Both the position numbers and the translations under genes were made by a program. The notes below the pieces were generated by a model, which searched no databases, had not been told where the DNA came from, and saw only the letters and a program-made list of their open reading frames with translations. A DNA stretch of 64,000 nucleotides from NCBI RefSeq assembly GCF_009914755.1, contig NC_060926.1; one strand, 5' to 3'. Shown piece after piece: positions 1-12,899 of the stretch. The DNA comes from the human T2T-CHM13v2.0 reference genome, Homo sapiens. Each line of letters opens with the position of its first letter. Positions within the stretch are counted from its first letter, which is position 1.

Positions 1-415
<415 letters not shown>

Positions 416-701
416 TAACCAAAGTGTTCTTCTAATGCACTAGAAAATGATGGGAAGGGCAGAGAATAGTCTCAAAAACTTTTATCAACTAGAACTGTGT
501 GATGCAAATGCTCAGCTTCATATTTGCCTCAAATGAAGCTGAGCTATTCTCTTTGCTTTCCCATGTAGGGAGCTGGACTTGGACTACCCACAGCCTTTGG
601 TCGGCTGATGGCTGTTTAATCACAAACAAAGAGATTCCAGGACAAGTAACAATAGCTTTTGTTTAAAAAGGACTTCATATGTCACAAAATTCATTATCAC
701 C

Positions 702-1077
702 TGTGCATTGGTTAGCTCAGGCTTCCATAACAAAATACTTCAGACTGTGTGGATTAAACAACAGATCTTATTTTATCATCGTTCTGGAGGCTGTATATCC
801 AAGATTAGCCTGCCAGAGTGGTAAGGGTCTGGTAAGGGCCCTCTTCCTGGCTTGCAGATGGTCAACTTATCACTGTGTCCTCAGATGGCCTTTTCTCTGT
901 GTGCACACAGAAAAGAGAGAGAGAGGGTGAGATAGACAGAGAGTTAGATCTCTGGTTTCTATTCTCATAAGAACACTTAATTACTCTCTTATGGTTTCCA
1001 TTTCTAAATACAGCCACACTGGGAGTTAGGGCTTCCCTATGTGACTTTTGGGGAGACACAGACATTCAATCTATAAC
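702..1077 (-). mobile_element. MLT1A-like MaLR solo LTR
   Basis: Begins tgtgcattggttagctcaggcttccataacaaaatac and ends gacacagacattcaatctataaca; the reverse complement resembles MLT1A and the + strand copy at 28950. Confidence 0.85.
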
Positions 1078-2439
1078 AACCCGTTACCACCTGGAATCCT
1101 CAGATTAGTAAAGAAGGAAGGACAAGAATTAATATAACCATTTGCCAATGAAGCACTGAATATCAGGGAGCTTACAGATTGTTCCAAATCATAGAAGCAG
1201 CAAATCTTAGAATTTTTGAAACCAGAAGTTGTGTGCAAGTGTTTCTTCCCCATGTTTCTGTCCATTACTGATGTTGGTGCCAACTTGGAGTTCAATGCAG
1301 AAGTCTTGTGGAATATGAGGGTAGGAAAGCTGGGTTATGTGCATTTTAGAATGAAAATGTGAACCATCTAGAATTTTATCTTTATCTTGGCTTTTAAAAA
1401 AAAGAATTTTCCAGATGCACTTAATGCTCTAGGAGGTAGGCAGAGGATTAGAAAAGAAGAATAAGACAAAGTTGAATGATAATGAGCTTCAGGGCATCAG
1501 AATAAGACCTCTGGATCTGAATGTTTGTTATAGGATACTTTTTAGAAAAAAAATGTGTTATTTTAAACCATGTTGTTTGTCATAGTGAAAGGATTATTTA
1601 TATTCATTACTTGTTAACATTGGTCTTTTAACGTTTTTGTAGCTTCCTGTAAGCATTCATGAACAACAAAAATGTTTTCTTTTAAGAGAGTAAGAAACAA
1701 AAAGGACATGCCTATAATTCTTATTTTGAAATAAGATAAAATTACTTAGATACAAGGAGATATTTTGGGAGAAGATGTCTTTTACTACTTAATAAAATTT
1801 ACTTTCTTCCTCAAAGATAAGAAAACAACAGTAATAGGAACCAGAACAAAACAACCTTCTTGATTTCTAAGAAATTGAATTAATTTTCCCTTCAATGATA
1901 ATCTTTTTCATCCCCTTCTTTTTTTTTTTTCTTTTTTTTCTTTTTTTTTTAACAAGACCTAGCATCAGCTTTGGTAGAGCAACTGACTAAGGAGGTACAC
2001 ACCTTTCTTTGAAGTTAGGACCTTCTGGCTTTCCCTAGGTCATGAAGACATGTCATTTTGCCCAGCACCTACTTCACCTGGCTCAGAAGGAGGCCAATGC
2101 ACACACTCTGAGTGCTTATCTCACTTTCCCTCCATTCTGCATATTCAGGCACTGTTCTTAGCAACACAGCCTTTTCCACAAGGAGAGTTGCAACACATTT
2201 TTCTCAGGAGGAGGGAGAGGGAAGTCGACTTTCCTACTACTTGCTTAAAATACTCAATTGCTCCCCAGTGCTCATGGGATCAGATACCCACTTTGTAAAC
2301 TTCTCCAGGAGGTTCTGTGGGGGCCTGCCTTCTCTCCCTCCCCAGCCTCCATTTCATCGCTTCCCTATTCACATTATATGCCCTACCTCAGCAAAAGCCA
2401 GGCTGTTTCTTGACTTTTTGCTGGCTGCTTTGTGTTTTT

Positions 2440-3625
2440 GTTTTTGTTTTGGTAAAAACACATAATGTCAAATTTACCATCTTAGCAATTTCTAAGTGCA
2501 CAGTACAGTATTGTTAACTATATGCACATCGTTGTGCAACAAATCTATAAAAATTCCATCTTGCAACACTGATATGATCTGGCTGGGCCCTCACCCAAAT
2601 CTCATATTGAATTCCCATGTGTTGTGGGGTGAAACTGGTGGGAGGTAATTGAATCATGGGGGCAGGTCTTTCCCATGCTGTTCTCATGATAGTGAATATG
2701 TCTCATGAGATCTGATGGTTTTAAAAATAGGAGTCTCCCTGCACAAGCGCTCTTTTCTTGCCTGCTGCCAATGTGAGATGTGCCTTTCACTTTCCACCAT
2801 CATTATGAGGCCTCCCCAGCCATGTGGAACTGTAAGTCCAATAAACCTCTTTCTTTTGTAAATTGCCCAGTCTCGGGTATGTCTTTATCAGCATCATGAA
2901 AACAGACTAATACAAACACTAAAATTCTATGCCCATTGAGCATCAAATTTCCTTTTCACCCTTTGCTATCCCCTGGCAACCATCATTCTATTTTCTGTTT
3001 CTAAGAGCTTGACTACTTTAGATACTTAAGTATCTCATATGAGTAGGATTATGCAGTATTTGTCTTTTAGTGAATGGCTTATTTCACTTAGCCTAAGGTC
3101 TTCAATATTTATCCACATTATAGCATATGACAGGATTTCCTTCTTTTTCAAATGTAAAAAATATTTAATTACATGTATATAACATATACCACAATTTGCT
3201 TATCTATTCATCCATCTATGAACATTTAGGTTGCTTCCACCTCTTGGCTAGTGTGAATAATGTTTCCATGAAGATGGTATGCAAATATATCTTTGAGACT
3301 TTGTTGTCAACTATCTTGGATAAATACCCAGAAGTGGGATTGCTGAATCATATGGTAGTTCTATTTTCAATTTTTGGAAAACCTCCATACAATTTTTTTA
3401 TAGCAGCTGTACCATTTTGCATTCCTACAACAGCATGCAAATGTTCCAGTTTCTCCACATCCTTGCTAACACTCTTTGTCTTTTGTTTCTGAAAATAGCC
3501 ACCCAGACAAGTGTGAAGTGGTATCTCATGGTTTTAGTAGCATTTCCCTGGTGATTAATAACATGGAGCATCTTTTTATGTATTTCTTCACCATTTGCAT
3601 GTCTTTATGGAGAAATGTCTATTCA
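2440..3625 (-). mobile_element. Old L1 3' end (L1MB-like), interrupted by a THE1 LTR
   Basis: aaatttaccatcttagcaatttctaagtgcacagtacagt...ggttgcttccacctcttggc...gagaaatgtctattc matches antisense L1M 3'UTR and ORF2 end. Confidence 0.85.
2570..2914 (+). mobile_element. THE1B-like solo LTR with 5-bp TSD
   Basis: tgatatg...actaataca termini; perfect TSD aacac at 2565-2569 and 2915-2919; aataaa near 2840. Confidence 0.95.
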
Positions 3626-3691
3626 AAGACAAAAAACAAAAAACAAACAAACAAAAACAAAAAAACACACTAAATTAATTAATTAATTAAA

Positions 3692-3878
3692 AAATTAGCC
3701 AGGTATGCTGGCATGTACCTTGGGAGGCATGCTGATGTATACCTAATCTTCTCGGGAGGCTGAGGTAGAAGAATCCCTTGAGCCTGGGAGTTTGATGCTC
3801 CAGTGAGCTATGATAATGCCACTGCACTCCAGTCGTGGGTGACAGAGCAAGTTCCTGTCACAAAAAGAAAAACAAAAC
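3692..3878 (+). mobile_element. Old Alu right arm / monomer (AluJ or FRAM-like)
   Basis: aaaattagccagg...cttgagcctgggagtttg...gtgagctatgat..gccactgcactccag followed by an A-rich tail. Confidence 0.85.
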
Positions 3879-3929
3879 CTTTAAAAAACTTATATACTTT
3901 ATTATTTTTAATTTTAAAATAATTCTATA

Positions 3930-6000
3930 GCTTTTTTTGTGTATGTGGTTACCTTGGAGCTTACACAAATATCTTATTGTATTACAGTCTATTTAAAGCC
4001 GATAGAAACTTATATTCAATTATGTAGTAAGACTACACTTCAATTTTCTCCCATACACTTTGTTATTTTTATCATGATTTATATTTATTCATATTATGTA
4101 CCTTTCAACATATTTTTAGTTATAGTTATTTTAATACATTTTTCTTTTAACTTTTATACAAGTATTAGAGCAATTTACAATGATTACAGTAACAGTATTA
4201 TGTACTTGTCTACATATTTACCTTTGCCAACGAGTTTTATATTTTCGTATACTATTGTGTTGCTATTTTGCATCCTTTCATTTCAACCTTAAGGACTCCC
4301 TTTTGCGTTTCTTTTAAGGCAGGTTTTGTGATGATGAACTCCTTCAGCTTTTGTTTTTCTGTGAAAGTCTCTATCTTCCCTTTTTGTTTTAAAGAAGAGT
4401 TTTTCCAGATGTAGTATTCTTGATTATCAGTTTCATTTTTTTCTTTCAGCACTTTGAATATATTATTTTACTCCTTCCAACCCAAAAAGTTTCTGCTGAA
4501 ATGTCTATTTATAGTCTCATGGAAGTTCCTTGTATATGACAAGTCACTCTTTTTCTCTTGCCGCTTTCAGAATTCTTACTTTGTCTTTTACATTTGACAA
4601 TTTGATTATAATGTGTTTCGATGTGCATGTATTCATCTTATTTCGTGTCTCTGGGCTTCTGGGACCTGGAACTTACTTCTACAGATTTGATAAGTTTTAG
4701 TCATTATTACATTAAGTCACTTTTCTGGTTCTTTGTTTCTTCTTTTTCTGGGACTTCAGAATGTGTGTGTTGGTCAACTTGATGGTGTCCCATAATTCCT
4801 ATAAGTTTTCTTCACTCTTTTGCAGTCTTTTTGTCTTTATGCTCCGCTAAATTATTTCCAGTGATCTGTCATTGGATTTGCTAATCCTTTCTTTTGCTTG
4901 GTCTAGTCTGCTGTGGAACCTCTCTAGTAAATTTTTCAGTGTACGTTGTTCAGCCCATGATTTCTGTTTGGTACTTTTTAAGATTTCCCATCTCGTTGTT
5001 GAAATTCTCACTATATTTTTGTGTCCTTGATGAGCATCTTGTAATTATTTTTAATTATCTATTGGATAAATCATGTAAGGTTGGTTTCTGTATGTTTATC
5101 TTGTTCCTTTGTTTAGAACATTTTTACCTGATTCTTCATTTTTTCTTGACCCTCTATGTTGGTTTCTGTATATTAACAAAGCAAGCACCTCTCCCAGTCT
5201 TCATGGACTGGTTTTATAAAAGAGAACACTTTCACCAACAAATACAGCCAAAAATAATGGTGGCCTATAATAATTCTTTCCCTCCTGAGGAGGAATTAGG
5301 CAGCTGTGATTTTTGTCCATTTATTCTGTGTTGAGCCAGAGAGAGGGTAGCTATGGTCTACAAGCCCAAAACACCATTTTCATACTTCTCTGAGCAGCTT
5401 GACTGTGCTGGGCCTGCTTAAGTCAGCACTGGTTAGAAATGCTAGTTATTTTGGCATCCATGGAGAAAAGTTAGGGTGCTGGACACATGGATAAATTCTT
5501 TCCTTTCCTATGGAGAATCTTTCAGCTTGTTTTTTAAAACCTACTTGCTATGTGCTGAGCAAGGGGTATAATCACTGGCATCTACCAGGCTAAACTGTTG
5601 CCAACATTCTCCCCTGGGTGGTTGGACTGTGCCAGACCCATCACAGCCCCAATATTCGTAGGACAGCAACCAGTTTGCTGAGAGCCCCCTTGCAGAAGTG
5701 GAGTGCTGAACACACAAACCAATCTCTTCTCTCCCTTGGGTGAAGCTAGAAGGAAGGGCATATGTTCTTGATCCAATGGCACTGTGCAAGGGAGGGATTT
5801 CTGGTTAGAAAGTATCCTGAATTTCCCTACTAGCTTCGACAAATCTGGTTAAGCTTTCTTCTGAGGTGCAGGAGTCTTTTAATTCGTTTGTGATTACTCA
5901 CAGAGTGGGCTGATTTTTGAATTGTTGCTTAATCAGTGTGTTTGTGGGAGAAAATAGGAAGTCCAGGTCTTCCTATTCTGCCACTGTGCTGATGTCACCT
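3930..6000 (-). mobile_element. Old L1M 5' portion (5'UTR and ORF1 remnant)
   Basis: ORF 4252-4452(-) GKIETFTEKQKLKEFIITKPALKETQKGVL resembles the L1 ORF1p C-terminus; the element ends in an L1M-type 5' terminus (reverse complement aggtgacatcagcacagtggcagaatagg). Confidence 0.8.
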
Positions 6001-6179
6001 TTTGCTTTTGTCTTGGTAACCAAAAAGAAAATACCTATAGAACATAAACATTATAAAAAAAAAAAAAAAGAAAAAAAAGAAAAGGTGACATCAGCAAGAT
6101 GGCCGAATCAGAAGTCCTGGACCCTATCTCTTTTCTTCTGGGACTTTTATAATGGATATACTTGTTTACTTGGTGGGAT

Positions 6180-7260
6180 AATATAAGTTTTTTATTCTTT
6201 CTGTCTTTATTGTTTTTCCTTCTGATCCCCTTGGTCAATAAGTTCAAATAACTTGTCTTTGAGTTCACTGATTCTTCTAATAAATGAAGAGTGTTTTTGA
6301 AACTCTCTAGTAAAGTTTTCAATTAAGTTGTTCTATTCTTCAGCTTCAGAATTTCAGTTTGAATCTTTTTTGTAGTTTCTAACTCCTTATTGATACTCTC
6401 ATTCTGTTCATGCTTTGTTTGGTTGTCCGTCTATTTATCTTGTAGCTCATTAAGATTCTTTAAGATATTTTGAATTATTTTTTTAGAAAATTCACAGAGC
6501 TCTCTTTCTTTAAATTTAATTTTTAGAGATATTTTTTCTTTTGATTGAGCCTTATTTCCCTGTTTCTTCATATGCTTTTTTTGGCCAGGATTTACTTATT
6601 TGGAAAAAAAGATCTAAAATTCTCAGGCCATAAGGACTGGCTTCATGCAGGGGAAGATCTTTACTAATTATTCTAGTCAGAGATTCTTTGGGCCTCTCAA
6701 ATCTTTTCTAAAAATGTGTCTTCTCTGTGCTTGTTTGTGTAATTTCCTAATTACAATGGTATATAGGATTTTAAGAAAATCTCATAATTTCTTGCTCCTT
6801 CCACTGTCTGTCTGTGCTGCTGCTGGTTCTCTGGTGTTGCAACAAACCACTCCTTTGTTCTCAGTGGCTCTCAGGCATCCAATCTATTGCAGCTCATCAT
6901 CAATGCTCTTCACCAGGTGAAACAGAAACCAGTTCCATAGACAGCTTCACTGAAAAGTCAGAAAATTTTATGTACACTCACACTCCACTCTTCTATTTCC
7001 CTCTCAAGGAAAAATTTGTGAGTTGGGCATGTTCTCCTGATTGCACTAATTGTGCTGGCTTGGTGGGAGGGCTGTTAGTGAAATGCAGCAGGTTTTCTTA
7101 CTCATTTCAATATAGCTATTGTTTGCTCTGGGGTATTGTGACTTCTTAATTATTTCCAGAGTTCTCATAAAGACTTTTTGAACATATATTATTGTTAAAT
7201 TTGTATCTCTGTTGGATAATGACTCTGGGGTTCTTAATCTACTATCTTGCTGATGTAACC
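6180..7260 (-). mobile_element. Second old L1M 5' portion (ORF1 start and 5'UTR)
   Basis: Antisense ORF1-like T-rich tract (ttcttcagcttcagaatttcagtttg); 5' terminus reverse complement ggttacatcagcaagatagtagattaagaacccc at about 7228-7260. Confidence 0.65.
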
Positions 7261-7586
7261 CTTTTCAAAACTTCAGACTTTTAAAACACTTTTTATTGTG
7301 ATAAATTGGAGACATTGTATCATTTACAGTGCATAAAAATTTAGAACAACCCATAATTATTCTCTGTTTTAGTATCTTCCCTTTCAATATTTTTCCATGC
7401 TTTTTATAATGTTGCTATTATAATGAACAAGCTTTATTTAACATTATATTCTAAGCACTCACCGTAAAATTATAAACTACTCATAGAATTATTTTAGAAG
7501 TTTTATGAATTCTGCTCTGAGAGCATTCACCTACATATATATATATATATACAACTTTTTGCTGTTATCAATAATAGCTAATATTA

Positions 7587-9447
7587 TTGCTAATGATACG
7601 ATTCTATACCTAAAAATCTCTAAAGACTTCACCAAAAGGCTCCTAGGCCTGATGAACCATCTCAATGAAGTTTTGGGCTACCAAATTAATGTACAAAAAT
7701 TAGTAGCATTTGCATACACCAGTAAGGTTCAAGCTGAAAGTCAAATCGATAACGCAAACACATTTACAATAGCCAGAAAAAAATAAAATATCTAGGAGCA
7801 TATCTAGCCAAGGAGGTGAGACCTCTCAAAGACAACCACAAAACACTGCTGAAGGAAATCATAGATGACGATATCATTAAAATATCTACACTGCCCAATC
7901 TATACTTTCAATGTTATATGTACCAAATTACCAATGTTATTTTTTAAAAAAGAATTAGAAAAAAGCATTCTAAAATTTATATGGACTCCCAAAAGAGCCT
8001 GAATAAGAAAAGCAATCCTTAGCAAAAAAAAAACAAAGCTGAAGGCATCACATTGCCCAACTTCAAAATATACTATAAGGCCATAGTAATCAAAACAGCA
8101 TGGTACTGTTAATAAACTAGACACATAGACCAATGAAACAGAATAGAGAATTCAGAAATAAAGCAGCACACCTAGAACCAACTGACCTGTGACAAAATGG
8201 GCAAAAATAAGCAATGAGGAAATGACTCCCTATTCAATAAATGATGCTGGGAAAACTGGCTAACCATTTGTGGAAGAATGAAACTAGACCACTCCCTCTC
8301 ACTATATACAAAAAATAACTCAAGATATATTAAAGACTTAAATATAAGACCTCAAACTATAACAATTATTGAAGAACACCTACAAAATACTCTCTCAAGT
8401 ATCAGCATAGGCAAAGAGTTTATGACTAAGTCCTCAAAAGCAATAGCAACCAAAACAAAAACTGATAATTGGGACCTAGTTAAACTAAAGAGCTTCTGAA
8501 CAGCAAAAGAAACTATCAACAGAGTAAAAAGGCACCCTACAGAATGGGACAACATATTTGCAAACTATGAATGTATAAAGGACTAATATGCAGAATCTAT
8601 AAAGAACTTAAATAAATCAACAAGAGAAAAAGAAAGTACACCATTAAAAAGTGGGCAAAAAGTATAAAAAGTATTCTCAAAAGAAGACATAAAAGTGGCC
8701 AACAGACATATAAAAAATGCTCAACATCACTAATTAGAGAAATGCAAATCAAAACCACAATGAGAATAATACCTCACACCAAGTGACACGCACAATCAGG
8801 ATGGCTATCATTAAAAAGTGAAAAAATAACAGATGATGGCAAGGTTGCAGAGCAAAGGGAATGCTTATACATAGTTGGTGGGAATTTAAATGACTTCGGT
8901 CCCTGTAGAAAGCAGTTTAGGGATTTCTCAAAAAACTAAAAATAGTACTACAATTTGACCCAGCAATCCCTTTACTGGTTATGTAAGTGGAAAATAAATT
9001 GTCCTGTCAGAAAGACACTTGCTCTTACATGTTTATTGCAGCACTATTCAGAATAGCAAAGACAAGGAATCACTGGATAAAGTAAATGTGGTACATATAC
9101 ACCATGGAATACGATGCAACTATGAAAAATAATAAAATCATGTCTTTTGCAGCAACACGGCTATAACTGGAGGCCATTATCCTAAGCAAATTAACACAGA
9201 AAGACAAAACCAAATATTGCATATTATCACTTATAATTGGGAGCTAAACTTTGCCTACACATGGACATAAGGATGGCAACAACAGTCACTCGGGACTTCT
9301 AAAGGTAGGAGGTAGGTGGGGAGAAGAGTTGAAAAACTTCCTATTGAATGACAAGATCAATAGAAGTCCAAACCTCAGCATCACACAATATACTCCATAA
9401 CAAACCTACACATGTGCCCCCTGAGTCTGAAGTAAAAAAATTAAAAA
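7587..9447 (+). mobile_element. 5'-truncated L1 (L1PA15/16-like), ORF2 3' half and 3'UTR
   Basis: ORF2 fragments (NDTILYLKISKD; [21 protein letters not shown]); 3'UTR caaacctcagcatcacacaatatac; A-rich end. Confidence 0.92.
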
Positions 9448-10179
9448 CTAATATTTGTATAACAGTATCTCTGTGTTAACATCTACCAAGAATTCTGTCT
9501 TTTATCTCATATTCCTATATGTGGAAGATTTCATCCATCCAGGAGTGGTAAGCAATTGAAATATGATCATGTTTACATAGAAAAACTAGCATATTTAAGA
9601 TATTTTTAGCTTAAAAGAGCAGAACGTCCTGGTCTTTTGAAAGCCCTGCAAGATAATTTCAAGAAGATGTATCAGCACATTTTAAAAAGATAGACCATCT
9701 AGGACAGATTTTGAGACCTCAACAAGGTCACTAATTCTGTATTACACAATATCGCTAACTAGTAAGGTTGCCAAAATGGAAATATCAATACAAACATCCA
9801 TAATCAGTAACAAAAAATAATTGAGTTGATTGTGGAGCTTTTCACTGAAGTCAGAATACTGGAATTATGATAAACTAATCGACTATAGATAAAAATTATC
9901 CATCTATCTATTTTGTGTACGTAGAGTTCTGATGCTTGTAAATTCTTCAAGGGAGCAAAATGGACATATTCACAAGAAATATAAAAGAATATTTCCTCTA
10001 TTAAAGAAAAGTTTTGACATTTCTCCCTGTACTATTTTTACAAAGCAAATGCAAATTATTAAGGATTAAAAAAAGTTTTAAAATAGAAACTACTATCATA
10101 TGAGTGTATATTAAATCCTTTGCTACAAAAGAGAATATGCATATTCTAAAACAGATTGGAAGATTAAAATATTTACCAC

Positions 10180-10790
10180 TGTAGAAAGCAAATTTAGATT
10201 TAGGGAAGTAGAGATCTTATTGACCGAAATTATTGTAGTAGGAAGAATGTTTCAACTACAGGATCTGAAAATGTCCAAAAGTCACACAGAAAAGAACTCT
10301 TCTTTTATATGGAGGGGTAAAGTAGCCTAGAAAGAATAAGGTATGGGGCAGTGGTTGAGCATGTCATGATCTACAGTTATTCAACGAATGATTTATCTGA
10401 AGCTCAGCCTGCTCTTGACAGGGGTTGTTAAGGAGAAGTTGTTTCATATTACCTTGCCCAAGAGTGGTCCAAAGTTGAGGAACTTGAAGGAAGGAATGAA
10501 GCTTAACTTAAAGGGTGATAAAGTCAAAATAACAAGCACATTTCATATCGATCAGTGGGGCAAAAAACTCAGGAACCCTTGATAAGACAAAAAATGGGAA
10601 TTTGATGGGTCTATATCTGGCTTTTTTCTGTGTAAACAGGGGACTCTCATTAAATTTAATGAAGTCCCACAGGAAAATATGCTTCTTTGCAGTAAGCTGT
10701 TACCAAGGAAACAAAGGTTTGGGGGATAAAGTTCCTTAAACTTTGCAATTTTCCAGGATTATACAGTTGGAGTAAATTTCAACATTGTCA
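10180..10790 (-). mobile_element. ERV1-type solo LTR (MER67-like)
   Basis: The reverse complement starts tgacaatgttgaaatttactccaactgtataatcctggaaaattgc, resembling the MER67 start as I recall it; the left boundary is uncertain. Confidence 0.5.
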
Positions 10791-11229
10791 CTAAAAAAAA
10801 ATCCTTGTCTAGACCTATGTTTTGAAGCATTTTCTCTATGTTATTCTCCAGTATTTCATAGTTTCAGATCCTAAATTTAAGTCCTTAATCTATTTGAGTT
10901 GATTTTTGCATGTGGTGAGAGAGAGAGAGAGAGATCTAGTTTCCTTCTTTGTCACGTGGATATCAAGTTTTCCCAGAACAATTTATTGGGGAGACAGCTT
11001 TTTCTCCAGTAGATATTCTTGGTGCTTTTGTTGACAATTAGTTCATGGTAAATATCTGGATTTATTTCTGGGTTCTTTATTTTGCTCCACTGGTCTATGT
11101 ATTCGTTTTTATGCCAGTATTATGCTGTGTTAGTTACTATAGCTTTGTACTATGTTTTTAAGTCAGATAGTGTGATTCCTTTAGCTTTGTTCTTTTTGCT
11201 CAAGGCTGTTGTGGCTATGTGGGTTTTTT
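10791..11229 (-). mobile_element. L1M ORF2 fragment, antisense
   Basis: ccttgtctagacctatg...tttaagtccttaatctatttgagttgattttt...ttccactggtctatgt-like antisense L1 ORF2 sequence. Confidence 0.88.
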
Positions 11230-12899
11230 TCAAACTAAAAGCTTCTGTAAAGCAAATAAAACAATCAAGAGTGAAGAGACAACATATAGAATGAGAGAAA
11301 ATATAAGCAAATAATATGTTTTATAAGAGATCTATATCCAAAATATATAAGGAACTTCTATAATGCAACAATAAAAAACAAGCAACCCAGTTCAAAAAAT
11401 AAAAATAAAATAAAGAACTTGAATAGACATCTATTAAGAGATACAAAAGATATACAAATAGACAATAAGCCCATGAAAAGATGCTCAACATCATTAATCA
11501 TTAGGAAAATGCATATCAAAACCACAGTGAGATACCACTTCACTACCATTAGAATGATGATATGGGTTGGCTCTGTGTCCCCACCTAAATCTCATGTTGA
11601 ATGTAATTTCCAGTGTTGGAGGAGGGGCCTGGTGAGAGGTGATTGAATCATGGGAGTGAACTTCCCCCTTGCTGTTCTCATGATAGAGTTCTCACAAGAT
11701 GTGTTTTTTTTTTAAATGTGTTGCACCTCCTGCCACCCCTACCCTGCTGGCCATATAAAGATGTACTGGCTGCCTCTTTACCTTCCGCCATGATTGTAAG
11801 TTTCCTGAGGCCTCCCCAGAAGCAGAAACCTGTTCAGCCCATAGAACTGTAAGCCGATTGAATCTCTTTCCTCTATAAATTACTCTGTCTCAGGTAGTTC
11901 TTTCTAGCAATGTAAGAATGAACTAATACAGATGACTATTACAAAAACAAAAGCAAAAGTAAAACAGAAGTAATAAGCGTTAGCAAGGATGCGGAGAAAT
12001 TGGAATTCTTGCACATTGCTGGTGAGAATGTAAAATGGCATAGCCACTGTGAAAAACAGCATGGCAATTCCAAAAAAAAACAAAAAAACAAAACAAAAAA
12101 ATTATCGTAACCATATGATCCAGTAATTCCACTTCTGGGTGGCAGGTTCTAGTTTCAATCACCTCTTACCTAAGGGCAAGGGCACTATGCATTCCTGACA
12201 ACATATGTGAGCATCCTCTTCCCTGTCCAGCAGCACATTCTCTTGGTTATATCTTTCCTAGATCTATTCTGATCCTAATTCTCTCCACTAAGTCACTTCA
12301 TAGAGGAGAGAAATAACAAGTATTCCATAGGCCAACTCCATTACTACAGGACAGAATTTTTCATTCTGGACTTCACCAGGCCTGCCTGTCTTCAGCACAG
12401 TGCTCAGCCTAAAATGAAGGCCTCAACAGATATTGGTATACCCATGTTCATTGTTTACAATAGCCAAAAGTTGGAAGCAGCCCATATGTCTACTAATGGA
12501 TTAGTGGGTAAACATAACGTGGTACATAAATATAGATGGACTACTATTCAGCTTTAAAAGGAAGGAAATTCAGACACATACTACAATATGGATAAACATT
12601 ATGCTAAATGAAACAAACCAGTCACAAAAGGACAAATACTGCATGATTCAAACCCATATGTGATATTCAATGTAGTCAAATTTATAGAGAGAAAAGTAGA
12701 ATGGTATTTGCCAGGAGCTGGGTGATAGGGAGAAACAGAGAGTTAATGTGAGTAGTTTAAGCTTTGCAAGACTAAAATGTTCTGTGGGTTGATGATGGTA
12801 ATGGTTTCACAGCAATGTGAAAGTACTTAATGCTGGTGAAATGGCTAAAATAGTAAATTTTATATTATGTATATTTTACCATAAGTTGGACAAAATAAA
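11230..12899 (+). mobile_element. L1MB-like 3' end, interrupted by MSTA and an unknown insert
   Basis: caaactaaaagcttctg, ORF KRCSTSLIIRKMHIKTTVRYH, and 3'UTR ending taaattttatattatgtatattttacc...aataaa. Confidence 0.88.
11558..11930 (+). mobile_element. MSTA-like solo LTR
   Basis: tgatatgggttggctctgtgtccccacc...aactaataca; degenerate TSD aatga/gatga. Confidence 0.9.

Noticed and set aside
4894-5334. 146-aa hydrophobic ORF
   Set aside because: Antisense reading of A-rich old L1 sequence, which commonly yields F/L/I-rich pseudo-ORFs.
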